A stretch of 48,003 nt of DNA, the filler included, from Jimgerdemannia flammicorona (taxonomy: Eukaryota), in NCBI GenBank assembly GCA_003990765.1. It is 2 parts of 2 records of this genome, joined end to end, with 100 filler letters (N's around TTAATTAATTAA, not from the genome) between each part and the next. Parts side by side here need not be neighbours in the genome. Positions count along the whole stretch, not along the records: positions 24,060 to 48,003 come from RBNJ01001043.1; 1 more part is not named here. The stretch is one strand, 5' to 3'. The notes under the pieces are model-generated. The model was not told the origin of the DNA, did not search any database, and saw only the letters and a program-made list of their open reading frames with translations. Numbering within the stretch: position 1 is the first letter of the stretch; each line of letters opens with the position of its first letter. Positions 24,162 through 35,900 of this stretch are shown here, one piece after another. The position numbers and the translations under genes were made by a program.

Positions 24162-26223
24162 TATAAGCACACAACCTCCAAGCCACCGAAATTATACTTC
24201 ACCTTCTGAACAAGCCACTGAAATCACACATGACCTCTGAACAAATCTGGAAATCACCTGCTTGATCATGAAGCTGAGTCAAACTGAAGTCATAGCACAC
24301 AAAGCTGAGTCAATACAAAGTCACAGAATACAAGATTCACACAAACAGAATCTTACCAATCAAGACCAAATGCATATATACTGAGCACTGAGACACATCG
24401 AATCAGAGAACCAAAACAAACAATAACCACAACTTCCAAACACATAAACATGACCACCGAGATCTATACCCATATCCGTATTGACATTTGTAATGCCATT
24501 GTCAACCAAGCCACACCCTCTCTACCCCTCATGAATATCCATAGCCTAGCACCCCTTTACTTTGTGGAAACCTGATGGAATGCCCTGAACATGCTTAATA
24601 AGGCCCACCAAATCAGACAAATCTTAAGCTACTACCAGATCAGCTGCCTCCTGGAAGACATGATCAAACACAACCATGATACAGATATTACCCAGATGTC
24701 TCAACACCAGAAGCTCATCACCTGCAAACATTGAGAACTCTTCTATGAGTATAGTACCATTATTCCTTATCTCCGAGTTACCACAGCTGAAATGGTTGCT
24801 ACCCTGTCCTACAGCCAAATTGATGATATGATACAAGAACTCAACCACAAGTACCTCGAGTATGTTGAAACCACAGATAGAACCTTCCCACACCTCGATG
24901 ACCACATCCTGCAAATGCCCCAAGTCAGATATGCTATGAAGGATGTTTACAATATAATCCGGTTTGATGAAGATGAAGCAGAAGACAATGATCCCTCTGA
25001 CACCAACATGACCTCTAGCCAAGGATCTCTGCCAACCCTGATCATACCGCCAACCTTACCGATGAACTTATAACAATTCATAACAGCATATGAGACTTAT
25101 TGGGACAATGACCACTGGCATGAATACCAATTCGCATTCATCCCTAATTACTTCAACTATAATGAAGAGACTGGAGAACACAACCTATATCTCCAGACAA
25201 CCCTCGAGATCGAACCAACCACTCTACCACCTGAGTATGAGTGACATGAATCATAACTGCCAGCTTACTACAACCCTGTGACTCATAGTACTATAACCTA
25301 TAGAAGATATGCAGATAGTGAAACTGATGAAAGTGAAGATGATGTACTACTCCTTTACCCACCAATACCTTATCCAGCATATGAGACAGATGATGCCATC
25401 TTGTGGGATGGAGACAAAGTTCCAATGTATTATTACCTTAGCAAACAAGGAGAAATAATCTGTGAACCACTCTTCCTAGATGACTACTTCATCAGAGATG
25501 ATGCAATCAATAGTGATGTCATCAAAGACTACTCAGACAGTGCCTAAACCTATAAATAGCCTAGCAGTCATAGTATAGTTAGATTAGCCTTGTACGATAT
25601 GACTGTGAACTGACTCAGCAGCCAGATGATCTCTTGATATGTCAGATCACACTTGTACTATGTGACTGCATTCTGACTCAGCAAGGCACTTAGTGCTACA
25701 TCCATATTTAGCATAGTCCAGATAGCCCCTCACTAGTATAAATACTCCCTCCCCCAGACCTCAGAATCTCAGACTCGAACACACAAAAACATTCCTGAAT
25801 ACTTCTCCACAATATCCCTTCACACAACTACTCCTAGTATAGCAATATCATAAATAGTGAATAAACTCATTTAATAACCCACAAACCACTCTTAAATAAA
25901 TCCACTCCCTGTTAGGTCCCACTCCTAACCCTGTCATGAAATTTCCTAATTGGATATTGTCTGCAGCGATATGCCAATTCAACTAAGCTGGTCTTAGTTT
26001 CTTGAACTTCCTGAAATATGGAAAATCCTGAACATCCAGAACTAGTTCAAAAAAGAACTTTGGTTGAGATGTCAATCTGATCTTGAAATCAATAAGCATA
26101 GAGGATGTACTCCATATGAAATTGATCTTGACCACAAGAAAATGGTCTTCCAGAATATCCAGAACCTCTAGAAAACCCTTCCAGAACTATGTAATGGTTA
26201 CCTTAAAAAGCAACCCTCTTACA
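24162..26223 (+). repeat. Family A LTR, uninterrupted, 2062 bp
   Basis: TATAAG (from TGTAAG)...CTTACA, followed by ACT and the PBS. Confidence 0.95.
24450..25547 (+). pseudogene. LTR U3-encoded 365-aa ORF of unknown function
   Basis: One frame from ATG ACC ACC GAG to GAC AGT GCC TAA. Length is 1098 nt both here and at 38817-39914. Most internal stops are sense codons in another copy. Confidence 0.8.
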
Positions 26224-26226
26224 ACT

Positions 26227-26238
26227 TGGTAGCAGTGG
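26227..26238 (+). other. Primer binding site, initiator tRNA-Met-like
   Basis: TGGTAGCAGTGG 3 nt after the LTR; TGGTAGCAGCAG at 41031, implying ancestral TGGTAGCAGCGG. TGGTAGC is complementary to the GCUACCA 3' end of eukaryotic initiator tRNA-Met. Confidence 0.8.
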
Positions 26239-26538
26239 TTTACAATCCAATTCCACTTCAAGATGCTTCCTCATCCTGCTACAAACCCCTCTGTGAATTC
26301 CTACAAGTTAGTATAAAGCCCAATCTCTGAACTGGAATTTATCCTGAACCATCTAACAATCTGGAGAGAATTGAATCTGACATACAAGGACAATTTGACC
26401 TCCACATCTACAACAAGTGGGACAAACTTCATTCAAAGAAAGAAATACTCAGCATCTTTCACCAGTAACATTCGAGTGACACAGGGCTCTGACAATACTT
26501 TTCACTACGTTTTTAGTGTTTGACAACTAACAACATAG

Positions 26539-28455
26539 ATGGCAATGATCAAACTGGTGAGTGTACTGGCCAGGGGGGTGGCAGCGCCTTTGGCTGGCAG
26601 TAGGTAGAGAGGAGGGGAGATGGTTTGAGGATGCCAGGGGCCTCGATGGCCAGCCGGGGTCCTAGTGGTGGAGGGAGGGGTGGTCTGAGGCAGCGTGGAG
26701 GGGAGAGGTCAATCTTTGCTGATAAGGTCTGAATGGGAAAGATGGCTTCGGGTCTCAATGGTTGGCTGGGCCTGAGGAAGGCATCGACGGCTGCTGCTAG
26801 GGGTCAGGGAGGTGTACCCAGGGGAGTCTCAGATGGCAGGGGAGGAGCGGGAGTAGGGGCTGGAGATGTGACAGTTGATTGGGCTGTGACTGGAGATCTG
26901 GCAAAAAATCCAGATGTAATGGCAGTTGATAATTTGGGACAGGGAATGGGCATGAGGCCCAGGGACCTAGCAGATGGGGTGACAGGCATGGTGTCAGCCC
27001 CGTTACTCAAGAAGTCGAGATTGGAATTCGCAGTCACAATGTGCTTCCGGGGCTTGGCAGTGATGGCAAGGATGATCTTGGGGCTGGTGGTGCAGGAGGC
27101 TAAGGGAGCAGTGTCGGTGAAGTTTTTGAGGAGAAAGAAAGGAGTTGAGGTGGGGTTTGAGGAGGAGGATACCTTGTTAGCAGCCATAGAGAAGGGGGTG
27201 ATGGTTGGCGGGGTTGTGGTCCCTATGGCCTGGTGCATGCGCTGGGACCCCCGTATGGTGCAGTTGACAATATTGGACCTCCCTACTGTGTCTAAGGAAA
27301 GGACCAGAGAGTTGGTTGTGGAGGTGATCAAGGAGTATGGCAAGATTGTAGATGTAGGGTTCAAGGTCTGGGAGGGCACAGAGCTTCAAACTGGTGATGT
27401 TGATGTCAGGGTGAGGCTGGCTGGGAAGGAGAATATGGGGAAGTCGAGGGACTGGCTGGTAATGCTGAGGTGGGGACTGGTGGAGTGTACGGTCACAAGG
27501 GTGAAGGGGACTCAGGAGAAGGAGGAGGACCTGTTGGAGGCTCTGGAGGACCTGGAAGGGGCAGTTGCAAGGAGGAGATTGGCCTGGAAGGAGTTTGAGG
27601 CCAAGATGGTAGTGGGGGAGGTGGATGGGAAGAAGGTCTGGATGGAGAAGGGGGCCTGAGAGAAGTTGCAGGAGAGGAGGATCCAGAAGGAGCTGTTGGC
27701 GAAGCTGGGTGGGGATGGAGCTGGTGGAGGCTCAGGGGAGGGAGTTGCAGGGTTGCAGAAGAGTGCCTGGGCTGAGGGGGGAGAGATGGCCCAGGGTGGG
27801 GCTTGGATTGGAATGGGGGAGGAGAGGGAGAGCAATCTGGAGGTACATAGATGCTGAAATGGGTGAGGGTGTACGCCCTCAGTATAGTGTTCCAGATGGA
27901 GCAGAGGGGGAGGAGGAGCTGATGGATGTGTCAGATGAGGAGTGGAATGAGTCAGTGAGGAGGAGCACACTGGTGGACCCTGAGGTGGATGGGGGACATA
28001 TTGCTCAGGAGGTGGTGGAGGTAGTGGATGAGGAGAAGTAGATGTGGAAGACCCTGGAAGGGGTAGCAGCTGAAGAGTTGGGGGGTGAGGACTTCAGGGT
28101 GATGGAGGAGAGGCATTGGGAGGAGATCCTACGGGGGGAGGAGGTGCCAAGGAAGATGAGGAATGAGATCCTGACTGTCCTCCTGGAGTCAGTTGAATAT
28201 CAAGTTGATGATCAGCGAGAGGAGGAACTTAGGAGAATTGCGAGTGACAGGGCACTTTTCTTGTGGAATTCAAGAAAGGAACTGGAGAAGTGGTGCACAG
28301 TCTGCTTGGACTATCAGGCAGATATGGAGGAAGTGAATAGAGTAGAATATCAGGAAATCTTGGGGGCACTGGATGCTTGGGATATGGCAGAGGGTGAATT
28401 GGAAGCTGAACAGCACTTGGATCTGGCAAGAGATGAGATGAGCATAGAATTATAG
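26539..28455 (+). pseudogene. LINE ORF1 of L2
   Basis: Homologous to 10972-13002 (APLLKKS..FAV.MCFRGLAVMA; EYG.IVD.GF.VWEG). Confidence 0.8.
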
Positions 28456-28486
28456 GTTGAGGTCTCTATTACAACATTTCTTCAAT

Positions 28487-31400
28487 ATGAACAGTACAAC
28501 TAGGATATTCTCATTGAACGTTAATGGGTTATGGGGGGTGGCTAGGAGGAAGTATATATTTGGTTGGCTTAAGGGACTGGATGTGGATCTCTTCTTGCTG
28601 CAGGATGTTCGTTATGAGGCAGATGTGGACTTACAGGATTGGACTAAGGAATGGGGGGGCACAGCTGTTTGGAGGGGGAAAGTGTGTATTCTTGTTTGGA
28701 AGGGGATGGGGGATATTGGGGACATTGGACATTGGGGGTCTCAGGTGGTGTGGGGAGTGTGGAAGAGGCCTGGTTGGGGCTCACTGACAGTTGGGTCCTG
28801 TTACTGCCCAGCTGAGAGAGGGGAGAGGGTGGAATGGATTCGCGGATTGAAAGAAGCTGGTATATTGGGAGAAGTTGAGTTAGACTGTATGGGGGGTGAC
28901 TTCAACATGGTATGGGATAAGGAGTTGGACAGAACTGATGGAGGGAGAGGTATGTGGGGTGACAGTGGTGGGTTGGGTGACTGGTTGGAGGTGGAGAGGT
29001 TGTGTGCTCTGGTGGACTCAGGGAGACATTTTTGGGCTGATTGGCAGGTGTACACACACTGGACGGCAGGTCTGGGCTCCAGGATTGACTGGGTTCTAAT
29101 GGCAGAGTGTTGGGGAGCAGATATCTGATTGGTACTGGAAGTCATATAGTGTCCGTGGTCTGATCACTGGGGGCTGCTTGGAGGGGGGAGGTTTGGGAGA
29201 AATGGGGATGGGCCTGGACATTGGTGGCTGAATTCTTCCTTGTTGGAGGATAGGGGATTGTGGGAGGGATGGGAATCAGAGGTGGTTAGAGATATCGACA
29301 GGTGGCAGGAATAAGGCCTAGAGATAGGGGACTATAGGAGAAGGCTGAAGGTGAGGGCTCAGGAGTATTGGAGAGAAGCAGAGAAAGGAAAGTCTGCCCA
29401 ATGAAGGCGACGGGTGCTATGGGCCTCATGGCGTCTGGCAGCACTCATGGAGAGATGAGCTGGGGTGTTGGAGGATGGGGCCGTGACTGATTGGCATACT
29501 GCGAGAATCCAGCAGGAGGTGGAGGAGCTCAAAGGGGTGCTGTGAAGGGAGGAGGAGGAGCTGGTGCAGGAAATGGTGGCCTGCCTGAGGTGGCAGGGGC
29601 TTGAGGAAGGGGAGAGGCCCACAAGGTTCTTGTCATGGCTGTTACAAGCATGAAGAACGAGGCAGCAGTGGGAAGGAGTATTGGACGAGAATGGTGAGCT
29701 GGTGGTGGAGACTCCAGTGATTCTGGGCCTATTGCAAGCCTGGTGGGGGAATCTTTGGAGTGAGGAGGAAGGGGGATTGGATGCTCTGGACGTTGAAAGG
29801 CAGCTGGGGGATTGGCACCCAGACCCTGCAATGGGACTTGGAGCATTGGGGGCCTGGTGAGCGGTGAGGAAATCTGCAGGGTGGTGGCCTCAACAAGCAA
29901 GGGGACAGCCCTGGGAGAGGATGGACTCCCCTGGGATTTTTGGCAGAAGATGACTGGGGTGAGTGAGGTGCTAGAGGAAATGATTGCTATGTGTGATGAA
30001 GTTCTTCGGTCTGGTGCCTGGATTGGGGGTCAGCGCTTAGGGCTAGTCTCCTTGCTATATAAGGACAAGGGTAGGCAAGAGGATTGGAAGAACTGGTGGC
30101 CCATTATGCTTCTCGACATGGACTGCAAACTGGTGACAAAAATCTTGGTGGTGAGGTTGCAAGGAATCACTCAGCAGGTGCTTGGCTTGGAGCAATGTGG
30201 GTTTGTTGGTGGTCAGTTGATTCGAGATGGGACGGCCTGGGTTCATGGAGTAATTGAAGGTGCCCGGGCAACAGGGGTGGATGGCAGATTGGTATTTCTG
30301 GACCAAGAGAAGGCTTATGATAGAGTGTGGAGAGTATGGCTGGAGGGAGTGCTGAAGCGGATAGGTATCCCCCCGGGGTTCTGAGGTTCATTAATCAACC
30401 TCTTGGAGGACAGTCAGGTGGTATTGGTCATCAATGGCCACAGGGGGGTGACTTTTCCCCTAGGCTGTGGGGTACCGCAAGGGGACCCCTTGTCATCCAT
30501 ATTGTATGCCCTTTCCCTGGAGCCACTACTGGATAGGATTCAGCATAAGATTGGAGGATTGGACATTTTGGGGGTGAACTGGAAGGTGGGGGCCTTTGCT
30601 GATGATATGGTGGTCGGGCTGGGCTCCTTGGGGGATGTTAGAGAGTTACAGAGGACAGTGGAGTGGTATGAGCGGGGCTCTGGTGCTAAACTAAACTAGC
30701 ACAAATGCGAGATGCTAGTACTGGGTACTGGAATTGTTGGCGGCGATATTATTGAGACAGTAGTACTGGCTGGTGAACCAGTGTGCTACTTGGGGATCTA
30801 CTTCTCGGTGTTTGGGTCTCTCCTTCCCCAGGCATGGTGGGACCATAAACTTCTGGAGTAGAGTGATGTCTTGTTGCGATAGAGAGGCCAGCACATGTCC
30901 CTCGCTGGGAGGGTGATGGTTTTGAATGTGTACTGGATGCCGAAGCTGTGGTATGTTGGATATCATTTGGACTTCTCACCCTAGGTGGTCAGGAGATTGT
31001 TGAAGATGGCAAGGTCATGGATTTGGGGAGGGTGGCGAAGCCAGGTTGGTTGGGAGGTGCTCACACTGCCCTTGGAAAGAGGTGGGCTGGGCCTAGTGGA
31101 CTTTACTAAATGGCTTCTATGTCTGAGAGCCTGGTGGCTATGGAGGGCGAGTGAACTTAGGGGTCAGGAGTGGGTGCCACTCATGCAGAGGCTGTGGGAG
31201 GTTCAATACTCTCCACGTGGTGGCTCCAGTGACCTGCTGGCAATGGTGGACATGGAAGGGAGTAGGAGGATGCAGTTTATGGGCTTTGGTGGGGGGTGGT
31301 GGATGGTGCTAAGAAGATTGGACTTCGGTGGTATGGCAACAAGGCCAAGGAGGTTTGGGGACCGCAGATGTGGTGGTGGGACAGGCTTTTATTGGGTGGA

Positions 31401-32147
31401 GTTTTGGTGGAGGACTTTCAGCTTGGCGAAGGTCTAGAGTGTCTGCAAGGCCTAGGTGGAGACCTGTGGCCAGAAGCCTGGCAGAGGGTTGGAATTGGAG
31501 AGGAGTGGAACTGGAATAGACTTTGGCTTTGGAGCAAACGGGTGAGGTAGTGGCTGCCCCCCAAGTTCTGGGTAGTATGGTGGAGGATTCTACAGCAGAA
31601 TGTGATGTTGAACTATCAGTCAGGTCACTTGGTGGATGGTGGGGTATTTGAGTGTGAGAATTGTTTCAATGTTGGTCAGGAGAGAGGAGTGGTACAAATG
31701 CCTGAACATTGGCTTGGCAAATGTGAGGTTTTGGGGGAGTTCTGGAGATGTATTATGGACAGGGTAGGGCTGGGTACCATGGAGGGAGAGGGAGGGGGGA
31801 GATGGGGGGAGCTTCACTGGAAACTGGTGGGTGGGGTTGGGGATGAATGGCTGATCCTTAGCTGGGCTTTGGCTATGTGGGTTGGGATGGCTGGGCATTG
31901 GGTTCATGTATTTGAGGACAGGCGTTGGGTTGGGGTTGGTGACAAGGTGGCATGGTGGGAATGATTGTTGTTGGACATTTTAAATAGCTGGTGGCGAGGT
32001 TGGGGGATGGGTGGGGGGTACCACAGGGGTCTGGTGCAGCATATCTCCCAGAAGAGTGGTGGGAGGGTTTGGGTAGTGGGTAATTGGGTGGTGCTTGGGC
32101 AGGGGGAGGTTGAGGGGGAGGGGTTGGGCCCCTGGGGCATTGGTTGA
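28487..32147 (+). pseudogene. LINE ORF2 of L2 (EN-RT-knuckle), two frameshifts
   Basis: MNSTTRIFSLNVNGL, GGDFN, LDQEKAYDRV, QGDPL, AFADD, CENC..HWLGKC. Confidence 0.94.
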
Positions 32148-32968
32148 GGGTGGGGTGACACTGTATTGTTAACACTATAGACTTTGGTAATAAAGGGCAG
32201 TCCAAGAGACTATCTATAGCGAAAGAAATACTCCAGTTAAACTAGCAAATAGGTGAAACCCTATTCACTGAACTCCTTATACTACACCCAGCAAGTCAAG
32301 ATGAAGAAGGTCTTATTGAAGCCTTCTTTACTCTTCTCAATAAGAGTTTTGTCAGCTCCACAAATCCAAGCAACCTAGGACAACCAGCAGCAGTCTTTCT
32401 AGCCTTAGTTCCTCATGAAGCCCAAGTCTCTGTAGCCAAGTGGCTCAACTCTACCAATTTTCCCCATACCAGAACCAAGACCGCATTATACTACTGATTC
32501 CAGAACAGCAAGGCCCACTATATTCTTAAAGAAGAAGCAAGAGAAACCCTTCATCAACTACCTGACCCTGAACCTGAAGTAGGCCCTGCTACAGCCCTAC
32601 CTAAATCTGAAACCAATACTGAACCTGAACTTGACTTTGAATTAAGTCCATCTAAAATCAGATATACAACTGATTCTGTCTACTTTGATGCCAAGTAAAC
32701 CCAATTACACAAGGACCAAACCAAAGAAGAAGAGGAGTATCTTAGTGAATTCGATCTCAGATATACCACCAAAGGAGAAGTATCTCCATCAGGACAGAAT
32801 ATACCTACACAGCAACAAATAGCTATCTATCAAGCCCTCACTCCAGACCCACAACTACTACTCCAGAAACTTACACAGACCCAAAGAACCCCATCACACT
32901 CTGCACCAGTACCTCAAGTAGTACCAGTAATACCACTACCAGCAGTCCAACCACCTTCAGTAAACAAC

Positions 32969-35900
32969 ATGGCAAACCAACAGATTCTAGACCTCACAGC
33001 CCAGGTAGCCATAATGGTAGCAACCATTACTGCCTTAGCTGAACAGACCTGACCTACCAAAAATCTGAGCCTACCTACCTTCAATGGTACTATACAAGAA
33101 GTCCAAAGCTTCATTAATGTAGTTGACACTAACTTCAAAGCCAATCAATGGACCAATGAGCAAGTTGCTGACCACATTCTGACAAACAATCAAGACCACA
33201 CTCTGGAACAACTCTTTGCTCCACTACAGCCTATGTCTGCCGAGTTGTTACATTCTTCCAAGGACCTGCCGAAGAATGGTGGCAAACCCTTTCTAAAAAA
33301 CCCCTCATATGAGATACCTGACCTACAGTAGTTGCTCAGAATACAGCAAATAATGCCCAAGGATATAGAGTCCATCCTGCAGCCCCTGGACTCAAACAAC
33401 TCATGATTGCCCAATACTGCAGTGAAACCATGATTGCTGAATTCCGAATAAAACTCTGCAACCTCAAATTCGATATATATGGCAAGGAAGAATTCAAAAC
33501 CTTTTGTACAAAACTCAAGTTACTCTTGAACACTGTTGGCCTAGGATATATTGCCAATGATGAAGCACGAAATGATACAAGAGCAGACCATTTATTTGAT
33601 GCCCTGCCTGAATGGCTTACTAGAAAAATCTGAGAACAAGGCCACCCAGTTGGTTGTAATCACCAACAATGGTTCCTAGTCAGAATCAAGACTATGGTCA
33701 AGCGAATCCTAACAGCTGGACCAATTCTGCCCTGAAGGCAATTCAATAATAAGGAAAAAACTTAGACCAAGAAAGAAGAACTCAAGCATGAAGCATCCTG
33801 AGCTCCCTCTACATCCACCTCTTGGACACCCAGAAATCATGAACCCACCCAGCTGAGTACCTTCAAGAAACTCACTGAAGGTGAAAGGAATGAACTTTGA
33901 AGAAGCGGAGTATGCTTTTATTGCCAAAAGACAGGACACATAGCCAGTGTCTGCCCTAATTGAAACCCCCGAACAGCAACATGAACAACTGTTACCACTC
34001 TGCACCACCTCAACAACCTGATCACCAGAACACTGGACTTTGTCAAGTTAAGACAAACTGCTAAGGCCCCAACCAAAGGAAGTCAAAAAGCAGCAGGATA
34101 TGACCTATATACAGCTGAAGAAGCTACAGTTTCTAACTGAGAAGTCAAGCAAGTCTACACAGGAATCAGTATTCAAATCCCTGAAGGACATGTTGGAAGA
34201 ATATGCTGTTGCAGCAGCCTAGCATTGAAAGGACTCTCAGTAGAAGGAGGAGTCATTGATGAAGATTATACAGGCGAAATTATTGTCCTCATCTGAAACC
34301 ACAGTTAGACACCCTCCAAAATCCCTATAGGTTTCTGCATTGCCTAGATTTTATTCGAAAAAATCAAGTCAACCCTGACAGTCAAAGAATTCCCTGAACT
34401 ACTACCTACTATCTGAGGATCCAAAGGATTTGGCTCATTGAACAAGGCCCCAACCCAACCTACTATGAACAAAGAAGAACAATTCTATAAGAAGATTGAA
34501 GATGGATATGTACTAAGTGGCCAATACTCTCATGGCATTGAGATGTACTCATCCTGAATGATTGATGATTGCTTCTCTTGTATCAATGAACTGGCTCAAA
34601 GAAGAATCAATAGAAGGAAAGCTCCTACAACCGAAATCACCACCATTGGTTCAGACAAACTGCTTACACTCAAAGCTTTTATCAACCAAGCACCTGTCAA
34701 GATTATGATAGACAGTAGTGCCTCAGGCAACTTCATCAATGAAGAAACAGCCAATAGACTCAAGGTCTTCACCTCTCCAGTACAGCAAACTCAAGCAGTT
34801 GCCACAGCCAATAGAACCTCACATATTATTAGTAAGGAAGTCTGCAACCTACTCTTCTGAATTAACAACTACCGAGTATATATTACCCTCCAAATCGTAC
34901 CACTTCCTGACAATGAAATCATCCTTGGGACTCCATGGTTAAAACAAGAGAACCTCATGATCGATTGGGTAAACCATTCTCTGACCATCAAGAAAGAATG
35001 CTACAACTTCAAACTGCAAGGTGAAAAGGACCCACTTAATTCTAGTGACCCTGGACCAAAGATCACCCACATCAACAAGCTACAACTTAAGAAATTGGCC
35101 AAGAAATGCCCTCTCTTCACCATCTCCATCCATCTATCCAAAGGAGAACCCGAGAACTCTGAAGATGATTTTTCCAAAGTTGACAGCCATGTCAGATCAC
35201 TACTCTAGAAATTTCAAGACATATTTCCAAAAAAGCTCCCAAAAGGCCTACCTCCTAAACAAGTGGTAGACCATGCCATCAAGACTATCCCAGATGCCAA
35301 ACCAGCCTTCAAGTCAATCTACCACATGTCTCCGAGAGAAATCGATGCACTTAAGAAAGAAATTGATGAACTCCTAGAACAAGGATTTATCAGACCCAGC
35401 ATATCACCTTATGGTGTACCAGTCCTATTTGTTGTTAAGAAAGGAGGAGATCTGTGAATGTGCATTGACTACCATAATCTCAATGAACAAACCATCAAAA
35501 ACTATTGCCCACTATCAAGGATCGATGAAATATTTGATAGATTTACCAACCCACAATTCATGAGCTCTTTTGACCTGTGAAATAGTTACTGGCAAATTGC
35601 CATGAAAGAAGAAGATATCTACAAGACAGCCTTCCGAACTCGCTATAGACACTTTGAGTTCCTGGTTATGCCCTTTGGCTTAACTAATGCTCCTGCAACC
35701 TTCCAGATACTAATGAATACTATCCTGTACCCATACCTGGACAAATTCATTGTTGTCTATATTGATGACATCCTGGTCTTCAGTAAAACTCTGGAGGAAC
35801 ATCTTGAACACCTTGAACTAGTACTACTGAAACTCCGAGAAAACTGACTTTTTGCAAAACTCAGCAAGTGTAAATTTCTTCTAAAAGAAATTCAATTCCT

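Larger units (their letters stand above)
26451..32220 (+). mobile_element. Full-length L1/Tx1-like LINE copy L2 (distinct subfamily from L1)
   Basis: 13-bp TSD GAAAGAAATACTC at 26438-26450 and 32221-32233; empty site near 41242; ORF1 and ORF2 are present; AATAAA at 32189. Confidence 0.96.

Noticed and set aside
24450..25547. U3 ORF as an env gene
   Set aside because: No evident signal peptide, transmembrane segment or furin site, and it lies within the LTR rather than between pol and the PPT.
26438..26450. Sequence-specific (Tx1-style) LINE targeting of the gypsy
   Set aside because: The two TSDs share no consensus in element orientation and lie in different regions of the gypsy.
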